This document shows positions 51,301 through 62,260 of a stretch of DNA of 64,000 nt, in pieces. Each line of letters opens with the position of its first letter. The stretch's first letter is position 1. Origin of the DNA: Botryllus schlosseri (Eukaryota); assembly GCA_051294905.1 (NCBI GenBank), contig CM119371.1:33730001-33794000 (forward strand). Direction: 5' to 3'. The translations under genes and the position numbers were made by a program. Under the pieces are notes generated by a model. The model did no database searches. It was not told the DNA's origin and saw nothing but the letters and a program-made list of their open reading frames with translations.

Positions 51301-52135
51301 ATTCTACCTTGTATTCTACATTGTAAGTTTGTGAAACTCATTGCTTCTCACCCCTTTCACCCATGTTCTGTCTCGTCAATATATTCTGTATTAGTGTAAT
51401 GTGTGTATATACTCTTTCAGATATCTGACGCTGAATCAAATATGGTTCTACTATACGATCCAATGGGCCACGAGGCTCGCTATGGGAATGTCCTGCAACA
51501 GTTCGAGTAAGTCGATGAGGTCGTATTCAAGAGACATATTTCATTTCTGTATTAATCCAGCGAATTTATACGAACGTACTCAAGAAGAGAATCAGTTGCG
51601 AGATATACAGGATTAATAAGGACCGGTGTTCAAAATGACGGATTTAATTGTGGAGTCCTTGCGTTTAAGGTTTGTGATGCGTTCATGTATTAAGATTTGA
51701 GAAAATAGATTTTCAAACTTTCATTTAATAGGTCGCCCAACTCTACTTGACCACTGGATCATCAATCCCATATGGCAACCTTGATTTTGATCATTCTCGA
51801 CGAGCTCACGAAAGCTACCGCCAGCAGTTTGATCAATTCTTGCTCGATGCGACGGGTATGTTGGTCCATGTCAAGATGAAAACCCTATTAAATACGTTGC
51901 ATGTTTTTCCTGCAGATGAGAAAGAATTGACAGATTATTGCATTAAATGCATTAGTCAAGACCACCCAAAAAAGACATGAAATGGGTATGCAATTACGAG
52001 ACTACATTTGTCAGGTATATTGATTCAAACTCGTATCCAGGTTGCGTGTGACGGCTGTGGTCGATGGACACACGAGGACTGTTGCCCGGGACAGCAGATA
52101 CCTGATCCCGATGATGATTTTTATTGCCTGCTCAT
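48386..52135 (+). pseudogene. Multi-exon Zisupton-type protein remnant: SWIM-like, CxC, Ulp1/C48 protease, PHD finger
   Basis: RVRVTVDVDRGSWSCLCSWKTGTCLHITLAKWYVFQ; LTPEETVCARC; KSCNSCGWQARFQNYKSGVHNFDGHILL (HMGXB3/Zisupton-like). WLDDK, GNHWILL, LYDPMG, QNDGFNCGV (H-D-C triad). YCIKC..W/VACDGCGRWTHEDC..FYC. GT-AG introns; several stops and frameshifts. Confidence 0.85.
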
Positions 52136-52382
52136 TTCATTGTGACTTTTACTATGGTTCCACTGCCATTTCTTGATGACTTTTAACTGTGCCAATGCTT
52201 TTTCTCAGTCATTTTTACTGTGGTTCCACTGCTCATTTCTTAATGACTTTTACCGCGGTTTCATTGCCTTCTGCTGTGGTTCCGTTGGCTATTTCATATT
52301 GTGGTATTGCAGTTTCATTACATACTGTATCTGCAGACTTAAGTCTGAAATTCATTGCGAGTGTACAAATATGGGGTGGTGA

Positions 52383-52787
52383 CAGGGTTGTAACTAAGTC
52401 ACTAGGTTTAAAGAAGTCAAGTTGAGTCGTTTTCAATTCACCGGCGAGTCAAGTCCGAGCAATCCCTAACGAGTCAAGTCCGAGAGCAATGGGTCGAGTC
52501 CAAGTCGTGGTGTTTACTGTTCCCCATCGAGTTCAGCTTCAGATCACTTATGTGGAACTCGCGGGGGCGATATCGAAGGCCTCGGATAATTTTCATGTTT
52601 ATTTTTCCCATTCTAAACATGGTTATTGTAACAGATAAAAGGCAGGTTTGGGCATATTTTTCATTTATCAGTCCTGATATACCATTCTTGAATAAGTCAT
52701 ACAATGAGTAAATCCATTTTCAAGAAAATGACTCGAGTCGTCAAAAAAATTGTGAGTCGAGTCATGACTCGATTCATTGCAACCCTG
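52383..52787. mobile_element. CAGGGTTGTAA MITE, copy 3 (diverged)
   Basis: TIRs; TSD GGTGGTGA/GGCGGTGA. Confidence 0.75.
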
Positions 52788-52945
52788 GGCGGTGATACAA
52801 TAATTTGATACAGCTAAACATGCAATAGATAATTTGGGATTCTGCCACCGCTTATTATGACAAAAATTTAACAGTATGCAATCTTAGATATCATATAGTC
52901 GCGCCATGAAAGGATTTAGCCTCTGCTCAGTTTATACCGAGACAC

Positions 52946-53175
52946 CAGACGCCAAACGCCGTATAGCTACTCGGCGTCTCAACATGACAGACGCTAAACG
53001 CCGTATAGCTACTCGGCGTCTCACCATATCAGACGCCATACGCCGTATAGCTACTCGGCGTCTCACCATATCAGACGCCAAACGCCGTATAGCTACTCGG
53101 CGTCTGGACATAACAGACGCCAAACGCCGTATAGCTACTCGGCGTCTGAACATAACAGACGCCAAACGCCGTACA
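52946..53175. repeat. 42-bp tandem array (5+ units), Zisupton subterminal repeats
   Basis: Unit CAGACGCCAAACGCCGTATAGCTACTCGGCGTCT + 8 variable nt; one related unit at ~44922-44950. Confidence 0.9.
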
Positions 53176-54017
53176 GACATTTGGCGGCCGCTCGGCGTTT
53201 GGCGTCTGGCGTTTGGCCTCTGAGCGGGTTTAACCCCTGCTCCATTTCTGGTAGGAACTAGCTGTCCTAACGAAGTAGTTTAGAATGAAAAAACGTTTTT
53301 GGCTCAGAAATAGGCAACTTTTTAACGCTACGATTTTGACAAAATTTTGACAAATTTTGACATGTCAAAAAATGGCCGCTCTAATGATTATACAAACCAA
53401 AATAGTTCAAGGAAACCTCAGCCGAAGTCAATATTGGAACCAATTAATAATAGAGTGAATATCATGACTTCTTTTGCTCATGAAATGTCCTCCTGATATT
53501 AACGCATTGATAGCCGCGCCAGTGGCTATGTACTGTATCACTAAATAACCTGTTCTGATTGCCCTATATCCTATCTGCACCAAACATACCTGCGATTTTA
53601 ACAGTCAATCTGGCCGACAACCTGCCGCTTCATGCTATGAAGCGACAACAAATCTGACGAGCATCCGGTCTCACGACCGTGAAGCACGTGTTGCCCATCT
53701 ATCCTTAGGTTAGTTATCTATAGTCATTAGTCATACTCAGCGAAACGGGATGGAACACTGTAACGAGAGCTTTAAGAAATTTTGGATCGCACAGCATATG
53801 ATGCGATGTTGTCTGTCCTCCGAGCAAGTGCTACCAAATGACGGGGTCATGAAAAGTGTTAAGCGTCGAAACCTTCTGATCTATCACGTTAGAGACAGCA
53901 TTACCGGTTTTGTAGCATTGTAGCAGTGAGAAGTCACTTTGGACGAGCGGGAATTAGGTTCATGGTATTATAGCATCCTTAAGAGCACCGTTCATGCCTA
54001 TCGTTCCTACTCGTGGG

Positions 54018-55149
54018 CAGTGTTGCCAACTCCGGATGGAAGAAAATCGCTAAAACTGGTGTCAAAAATCGCTAGATGGCGCTAAATATTGAGAAAAAAG
54101 CGCTAAAAAATAGCGCTAAATCTGCTGTAACTGCTAAAGGTGTTAAATTGAACAATATATGAATATAATATCACTACATTCTTCTCAGCCATATTTTACT
54201 CGTCTGGGGCCAAAGTCACTTATCATATTTCTAGTTCATAATATAAGACGTAAGTCATCTGTAAGCGGAACAAAACGTGAAGTGCATTTCGATAAATCAG
54301 ATCGCTTTGCGCAATGGTCGCTATACGTGACCACTGACCAGGTTTGCAGGCATAACCCCACACTATATAAGCGTGCCTTGCTCGATGCGTCCGTGAATAT
54401 GTGATGCGATGTACCGTGGAAATGCGCTTGACTTCTAAACTGTGTTGCAGTACTTGGACACGACATGCGACTTGACCCGACACAACACGACACGACTTCA
54501 ACATGGTTTTACAGCCACTATAAGTATAGAGACCTTGAGAAAATAATCCGATGACCAACCCGGGGTATGAAATTTTAGAAATCTGGTCTTAAACGAAAGC
54601 TAGTGTCACACTGGTTTCGACAATACGAATTAAACTCTTGTCAAGACAATGGAACGACCTCAAAACAGCCCCCAAAGTCTGAAAATCGGCCTAGATCAGA
54701 ACGATCGCTTGGCGAAATTGGTCATTGGTACGCTCATTTTGTGTTGCGTCGGTGCCATTGTTGGAGCAATGCTGGTTTTCAAACTTTGAGGGCTGTTTCG
54801 GGGTGCATGGTCCTGACGAGATTTTATTTTGTATTTTCGAAATCACTGCGACACTACCTTTCGATCAAGGCCAATTATATTAAATTTCAGGGCTCAGGTC
54901 GCCAGATGTAGCACTGCCACTATCATCGGAGTCCGCACTCTGGTGGCTGGTTTAACCCCTGTTGCAATGCAGTCGTCGGCCAGAACTGGTCTTTATTAGT
55001 TATTTTCGGTAAAAAGTGCTAAATAATCGCTAAATACATTTTCAAAAATCGCTAGATTTATCGCTAAGCGCTAGATCGATATTTTTTGGCGCTGAACCGG
55101 ATGAAAAATCGCTAGATCTAGCGCGAAAATCGCTAAATTGGCAACACTG
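54018..55149. mobile_element. hAT/Tip100-like non-autonomous element
   Basis: TIR CAGTGTTGCCAA, subterminal TCGCTA(A/G)A repeats, TSD CTCGTGGG/CTCGTAGG. Confidence 0.85.
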
Positions 55150-55185
55150 CTCGTAGGTTATATGTGGCCAGGGCATCTCATGATA

Positions 55186-57477
55186 TATACGGCCGTAAAC
55201 CAAACTTTACGCTGATTGGTCGAGAGACAGTGGCCATGGATACGGCGCAGCAACGGAGGACGCTGCATTTACCAAAGCCTAGTTGGCACTACGATGTATT
55301 TCTATAGCCGTGTAGACTGCATAAAAACGACAAGATTACAGTTAAATGTTTATTTCTTCATCAATAATAAAATTAGGAAAGGATATTAAATATTTTGTTA
55401 CGTATACTAAAATATAATGCGGAAATACTGCTGTGTTTATAAATGCAGTGCCACCAATGGCAATGAACTGGGGAAGAATAGGTTTTTCCATTCATTTCCT
55501 TCCAACGCAAAGGTCAGGAAGGCTTAGGAATGCACAGCAAGAAGGCAGGATTTCAAGCCTACTTCCACAAGCTTCATTTGCTCCTAATCGCCGACCTCAC
55601 TGCGGTTGCAGTGACTTAAAAAGCCCAGAAATCACAGTGAGCCGAGCTACAAGTCGGCAGCTAAAGACCCGATAAATCGCGAGCCGATGGATGAGAGAGT
55701 GGAAAGAATGTCAAAGACAAGAATAAATGCATTGATCAGTTCAAATACTGTCATGTCGTGGAGCACAAAGCCTTAAACAGGCTAAAAGCACCACTGTTGT
55801 GTACAATAATAATAATAATAATAATAACAATAGGCTTACCATATTTTGAAAATGTAAAAAGAGGACACTTTTTCAGAAATCTGCTAGATGCAAAACCGGA
55901 GTAGAATTCTCAAAAACCGGTGAATTTTTCCCACTTTGTGATCGGTTGACTAAAAAAAAAAAAGGTCATCACTTCCGCTCAGAGCTCAAAATACCGTTTT
56001 TTTCTCCACATTGCCAGGTGGATGACTAAAAAAAAAAAAAGTCATCTTTTCGCTCAGAGCTGAATTCGCCGTTTTTCACTCCGAAGTATCCGCCGCAGCG
56101 TCACTTCTGTGCTAATTTGCGGCATATCACTCGCAATTTGCTCTAAATCTGACCTAAATTTTCAAAAAAGAGGACAAAAGGGCGTCCTCCGAGGACACTT
56201 TCAAAAAAGTCAAAAAAGAGGACAAATCCTCTTAAAAGAGGACGTATGGTAAGCCTAAATAATAATAATAATTTGCTCCTACAACTTTTGCAAGGAAGAT
56301 TTTGCTGCTAGTGCATTACACCAATACAGTCAGGTGTAAAGAGAGGTGCGATTCCCAGTCGCAATCTCCGTGATGAAGCAGAAGATATTGGCATTGCAAA
56401 GAGACGGACCCTGAACTCCATGCCGTGTCAACTGTCTTCCTCCAATGTTGTGGATGCTGCACATGCAAATCTTACATTGTCATCTGGTGATCCTGATCTA
56501 GAATCGCCATCTTGTAGCCTTGAAATGTAATCTTCAAATCCATCACCTGAATCTTAGGGTTAGAAGCCAACGAAGTCAGTCATATGCAGATTAGCTACCT
56601 ATAAGCCCACAGGACATCAGAACAGAGAGGATGTGCAGAATGGGGTAAATACATAGGGCTCTTCGACTCACAAGTAGCAATTTTGGTAGGGTTTTGGACT
56701 GCTTTGAGGGGAACAAGACAGCAGATACTCCATATGCAACATCTCTTTTCAAATCACTTCAATGACAGTACAGTATGAACAGGTAATCAATATTGTGTGG
56801 GTTATTGCACGAAGAAAGGGCCATTCAAGACTACTAAGCATCACTCATGTGAATGTAGCAAAGATTGGTCATGTTCTTTTTCCATATGGATATCTGGGTG
56901 CTTCACATGATAGAGTGATTCTAGCTGAGCAGACCTCATCTGCACTGGTGTGCTTGAGGTATCGTAATAGCACATGCAATGAGTTCATGAAATTTGAACT
57001 TGGGCAGAAATGACAGAAAAGGAGTTTTTATTTGATTGCTGCTAGATAATTACAAGTAATTCACTCTTATTGGCATCAAATTCAGGCCCAAATGTATGTC
57101 ACAAATAGTCCTGCCTTCTTATACTCTGCCTTCCCAAGCCTTTCTGTCCTTTGCGTTGAAAGAAAATGAATGGAAAGATCTGTTTTCCCCCAGTTCATTG
57201 CCATTGGTGGCACTGCATTCACAAACACAGTAGTATTTCGGCATTATATTTCAGTATATGTTATTAAATATTTTATTTCCTTTCCTAATTTTATTATTGA
57301 TGAAGAAATAAACATTTAACTGTAATCTTGTCGGTTTTATACAGTCTACACGGCTTTAGCAATGCATCGTAGTGCCGACTATAGGTTGAGGTAAATGCAG
57401 CGTCCTCCGTTGCTGCGCCGTATCCATAGCCATTGTCTCTCGACCAATCAGCGTAAAGTTTGGTTTACGGCCGTATA
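55186..57477 (+). mobile_element. THAP-containing foldback element, copy B (inverted relative to copy A)
   Basis: Same TATACGGCCGTAAACCAAAC TIRs and interior as 40710-42563, plus an extra MITE. Confidence 0.8.
55831..56257. mobile_element. TAGGCTTACCATA MITE, copy 3, inserted in the (AAT)n tail
   Basis: TIRs; TSD AATAACAA/AATAATAA; absent in copy A. Confidence 0.85.
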
Positions 57478-57947
57478 GTATGGAATGAAGTTTCGGCTTG
57501 GAATACGGAAATGTGTAAGTAGGCTATATGGCATGGATCAGAAGAAAAATTGTCATGCATACAAAGGCGTACCTAACTACTTCTGACGATACCAAGATAA
57601 ATATGACTCCGGAATTTGTTTGTTTTTATCTCTTTATGGTGTTCGCAAGCCACCAGCGATATCTAGAACTTGGATTTCGGCGCTTCTTCGATATACGCCC
57701 CAGATCGAAATAGTGTTCCCCATGACACCAGAAAATGTTTTGCATGAACACGATAAAATTTTATAAACGTCAAAATAATTTTATTTGCCTTTGCAAAACG
57801 GATATTAGGGTTGGTTGTGAGTTAGGGTCAAATTTGGGTTTAGGGTATCCCAAGATTACGGTTGCGGGAGGGGGTATTAGGGTTGGAGAAGAGGGGCATA
57901 TTAGGGTTGGGGATGGGGATATTAGAGTTGAAGGTGGGTTAGGGACT

Positions 57948-59170
57948 CAGAGGTGGTCAAAGTAGTCAAGAAAGCTACTCAAGTAGAAGTAGAAGTAGCG
58001 ACGAAAAAAATCTACTCAAGTACGAGTAGAAGTACTTCTTCCATAAGCAGCCTAAAACTACTTGAAGTAGAAGTAGAATTGACTGACTTTAAATCTACTC
58101 AAGTAAGTAAGTAGTTGTGAAAACGATCGTAATTCGTTTGCATGGATTGTCAATAGCTGCGAATTGAGCTATGCGAAAGGTGCAGAGCTTGATTCATATT
58201 GATGCATACCATGCAGGAGGTATCCAATTTACTAATACTAATGCGCTGTTTACTCGAACAGCACGTTTTAGAAAATATCTTGGTATGGCGCCCTCCCCCA
58301 TATTGTAAGGTCCGTAGTTTAGACGAAGAGCAATACGGAGAAGTTGTATGGACGGTGTAAACACTTTGCGCGATTAGTAAACGGTAATAAAAAATATTTG
58401 TTGGATCGTAAAAATGCCATATTATGTAGCTTTATTTCCGGAAATTAAAGGCTTTACTACACTTGCTTTTATACTTCAACATGTATTTTATCCAGACAAA
58501 AGAACTGATACTAATTAGAACTCAAATTATGATACTGGTAATTGAAAGTGAAATATAACTACTACTTCTAAAAGCGGAAACTATATTTCATGTCTTAATT
58601 CCAGAAAGATTCGAAGGTGGTATGCTGAAACAGGTCTAAAACTAAAAAAAGTCAGAGCCCACTTTTCCAGATTAGGACACGCCATGGACTGCTACACTAC
58701 GATATGATAACTAGATGCTAGATTGCGAAACATCAGCTTCAAACGTTATGATGAGCCATATATGTTGTGATGAAATATTTCACATGGGCGACATTGCAGT
58801 GTGGACGGAACCACGCAACCCGCTACCTAGATAATATTCACCGATACTTTCGTGAAATCATACTGGTTACTCCATATCCACTGTGAACAAAGTGCGACAA
58901 TAATTCTGGGCTTTACTCAACTTTTATGAAAATTAAATGTTGATACTCCGTGAAAACAGCCCCGAAATTCCCCAGGCTATCTTCCTGATTGGAGGATTAA
59001 ACTACTTCTACTTGACAAACTGAAAATAGCGAAAAGTAAGTAAGTAGATCACAAAATATTGCGAAGTAGAAGTAGAGAAAATCAGATCTACTTGAGTAAG
59101 TACCAGAAGTAGAGGAAAACTGCTTGAGTACTTCGAAAAAGTAGAAGTACTTCGTTACTGACCACCTCTG
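57948..59170. mobile_element. hAT-like element with AAGTAG repeats
   Basis: TIR CAGAGGTGGTCA; GTTAGGG near both flanks (TSD imperfect). Confidence 0.7.
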
Positions 59171-59659
59171 GTTAGGGTCAAAGTTGAGGTTCGCTTATCC
59201 AAAGATTAGGGTTGGGGGATATTAGGATGGGGGAAGGGGGATATTAGGGTTGGAGGAGGGGGGATATTAGGGTTGGGGAAGGGAGGATATTAGGGTTGGG
59301 GAAGAGGATGAGATTAGGGTTAGGGTAGGGGGATATTGGAGTTGGAGGTGGGTTAGGGTATCCCATGATTAGGTTTGGGGTGAAGGACACGATATCTAAC
59401 CCCAATATATACCCAACCCGAATATCCCACCCTCTCCCGACCATAATATCCCCAACCCGGATCTTAGGTTACCCTAACCCCAACTTTGACCCTAACCAAC
59501 CACCAATCACCCTAATATCCCCCCTCCTCCAACCCTAATATCCGCCTTCCCCAACCCTAAAGTCAAAATAATATTTTGACGTAGATAAAATTTTATCGTG
59601 TTCATGGGAAACACTTCCCGGAGTCATGGGAAACACTGTTTTGATATGGGGCGTATATC

Positions 59660-60235
59660 TATAGATTACTAACCTACGGATAGATACGCAGGTCACGTCG
59701 TTACGCTACGGCAAGCAGTTACACTTACTGCTGAGCAATCTAAAAGCAGCATAATTGGTGGTGTTATAACTTGCGACCCGAGGGGTGAAATTTAATGAAA
59801 CTGGTCTTAATCGAGAGCTACTGTCGCACTGCTTCTGAGAATACAAATTAGAATCTTGTCAGGGATATGGAACCACCTTCATAACAGCCCTCAAAATCTG
59901 AAAATCAGCATTGTTCCAACAATGGCACCACCGCAAAACGATGAACATAACAATGGCAATTTCGTCCAGCGACTGTTCAAAACAATGCCGATTTTCAGAC
60001 TTTGAGGGATGTTTTGACGTGGTTCCACTTCCCTGACAAGATTTTAATTTGTATTCTCAGAAGCAGTGCGACAGTAGCTCTCGATTAAGACCAGTTTCAT
60101 TAAATTTCACCCCTCGGGTCGCAAGTTATAACACTACCAATTATGCTGCTTTTAGATTGCTCAGCAGTAAGTGTAACTGCTTGCCGGAGCGTAACGACGG
60201 GACCTGCGTATCTATCCGTAGGTTAGTAATCTATA
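59660..60235. mobile_element. P-like foldback MITE
   Basis: TATAGATTACTAACCTACGGATAGAT termini, ~250-bp imperfect IR arms, perfect 7-bp TSD GTATATC; the empty site is visible in the opposite host TIR (~57690). Confidence 0.9.
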
Positions 60236-61667
60236 GTATATCGAAGAAGCGCCCAGATTTCTAGATCAGCGCTCTTCAGCCGGGAGTATCGTATTCCCCA
60301 TACCATAATTTTTAAAGGGTGTTTACCACTCCGATTGGGTGTACTGATGTGTACCGCTATCAGATCCGCATAACAACTGACCGATGACAAGCGATCACAA
60401 TAAACAGGAAAGTTAATGCTTTAGAACAGGTTAACCGGATGTGTAATATCGCACAATGTTCATATCAATTTTATGCAGCTTGCAAATTAAGTTCTTATTG
60501 TGATGTCATAAGCAAATGTTTCTCCTCATCATTTAACCGCTGGTATAATGGACTTTTTGGTTCCTTTTGGAGTAGACCAGGGTACGATATCTGTCTATAA
60601 TGATCTTCGAGGAAACCGCCTCGATAGCTCAGACACATTGAATTGGTACTTCCTGCGATAAGCTTGTAAACAGTGCAGTTCACATAATTGCAGGGGCGCA
60701 ACCAGGGGGTATCGGGGCCGAGTTTGAGAACCACTGTCTTAGGTGGTGGTCCGGTATCCTACAGCCCTGATTAGTATTTATCATTTCCTATACGTTGCAG
60801 CCTTGCTCGTCCTTATTTCGATTACGCCGAAGTTGGCCAACCTTCGGACGTACAGCCGCATGCAACCGTAAAGCCAAAATTATGCGGTCGTCTACACATA
60901 ATTAAATTACCGCCCCTTAGTTGCGGCATCGTTATTCCAGACGGCATTATTGCGCCAGAGTACCAATCACCGACACAATGCAACATTCGCGGCCGATTTT
61001 TTTTATCTAATCATTTTTTAGCCAAGGCCATGTGCAGAATGAAATTGATATTTTCGTGATCAGTACTGATTCGATTGATACCCGTTTCATCAACTTTCAC
61101 GCTCGGCAAGCCAGTCTGAATTTTGCCGTAAATTACCTTTGGTCAAATGGAGAGGATGACGTACTTCGAACACAGTGAGTCGTTCGATATGGTTTTGTCC
61201 ACTTCAATTGAAGGCCACTATGACTTCAGTCTCGACCACGCAACGTAACTTCATTGAATCTGGTTTTCCGTGATTTAGCAATGGGTACCACTGGTATTGG
61301 TTAGTGAAGCTAGTGAGTATGGGCGTGAGCAGCTGAGCATGCATACTTGCATGGGCGTGGGGAATTGACATATTGTCCGGTATCGCAACATAATGAATGA
61401 TTGTAGTGATGTAAAATCGTGTTATGAGATATAGTCTATGTTTCTGCAACAATATACCTTTGTTTTGTGTAATTTTATCGCTGGCATCTGTTTACTACTG
61501 CTAGCAGTGCGACAGCACTTTAGTTTTACATGTCTTGAGTCTATTTCGCTTTTATTGTAATTCTCAAAGATAAATCACGTTTTTACTTCACGTTATGTCT
61601 ACAGTACATCGCTGAGATATGATACAAAGCAATTGTGAATGGAATTGATGCATCAGAGCTGCTTGGA

Positions 61668-62260
61668 TCAGTGGTTGCCAACCTTTCTGTTGTCACGGAC
61701 CGCTTTAGACAGATTATTGACTCTGCGGATATAGGAAAATTAAGTTCTTGGCGGGCCGGATTGCTGAACCGATACATTATTCACCCTTTTATCCACATTT
61801 ACAAGGAATGAATCGTATTTAATGAATGTATTTTTAGGACAGCAATGTCATTTCAAAGCCCTTTCTCGCCGATAATGACGAAAACGATGTGGATTTGAGA
61901 ACAGCATTGCCATCCAGCCGCCGCCATGTATTGATCTCTACGATCAATTAACACGCGGTGCAATCCATAATTAAGACTTCCAGCCGTTCGATAAGCCCGG
62001 TACCCCAAATTTACTAATACTTCAATTCATTAAGGTAGCGTACATGGTAAATGCCGGTAATGCAAGCCTTCTCGCTACGACAAACTTACGCGTAAGCTCT
62101 ACTCTCTCACGCTGCGCACACACGTATATAATAACATACTGTCACTAAAATCTGACGTTTAAGCAAGTAGTGGGGAATCTCGGCAGACTGGGGCGGCAGG
62201 CTACATTATCATGTAAGGCGGAAGACTGTCCGCGAGCCGCCCAGAATCCCGTCGCGGGCT
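61668..62260 (+). repeat. Third copy of the hAT-like segment found at 31196-31765 and 39500-44535
   Basis: Shared GGATATAGGAAAATTAAGT...AATGCAAGCCTTCTCGC...CGTCGCGGGC blocks. Confidence 0.65.

Larger units (their letters stand above)
29733..53242 (+). mobile_element. Zisupton-like (KDZ) transposon, 23.5 kb including nested elements
   Basis: Perfect 8-bp TSD CATTTCTG (29725-29732, 53243-53250). Perfect 23-bp IR CAGGGGTTAAACCCGCTCAGAGG set 3 bp in from each end. Subterminal 42-bp repeats and SWIM/CxC/Ulp1 coding remnants. Confidence 0.85.
26184..53722 (-). mobile_element. P-superfamily (THAP transposase) element with ~300-bp TIRs, inflated to 27.5 kb by nested insertions
   Basis: 26184-27066 (minus the 26388-26961 MITE) is the reverse complement of ~53419-53722; termini TATAG...CTATA. 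Left flank GTCATAC, right flank GTCATTA-GTCATAC. THAP and P-transposase-like exons inside. Confidence 0.8.
57679..60253. mobile_element. Foldback MITE with degenerate TTAGGG/CCCTAA arms
   Basis: GGCGCTTCTTCGATATACGCCCC...GGGGCGTATAT[insert]CGAAGAAGCGCC; imperfect IR extends >100 bp; flanks TGGATTTC/CAGATTTC. Confidence 0.7.

Noticed and set aside
52946..53175. CRISPR-like array of palindromic repeats
   Set aside because: Spacers are only 8 nt and similar to each other, there are no cas genes, and the array is subterminal in a eukaryotic transposon.
57800..59560. True telomere or telomere-fusion site
   Set aside because: Hexamers are dispersed rather than tandem and lie inside TIRs.
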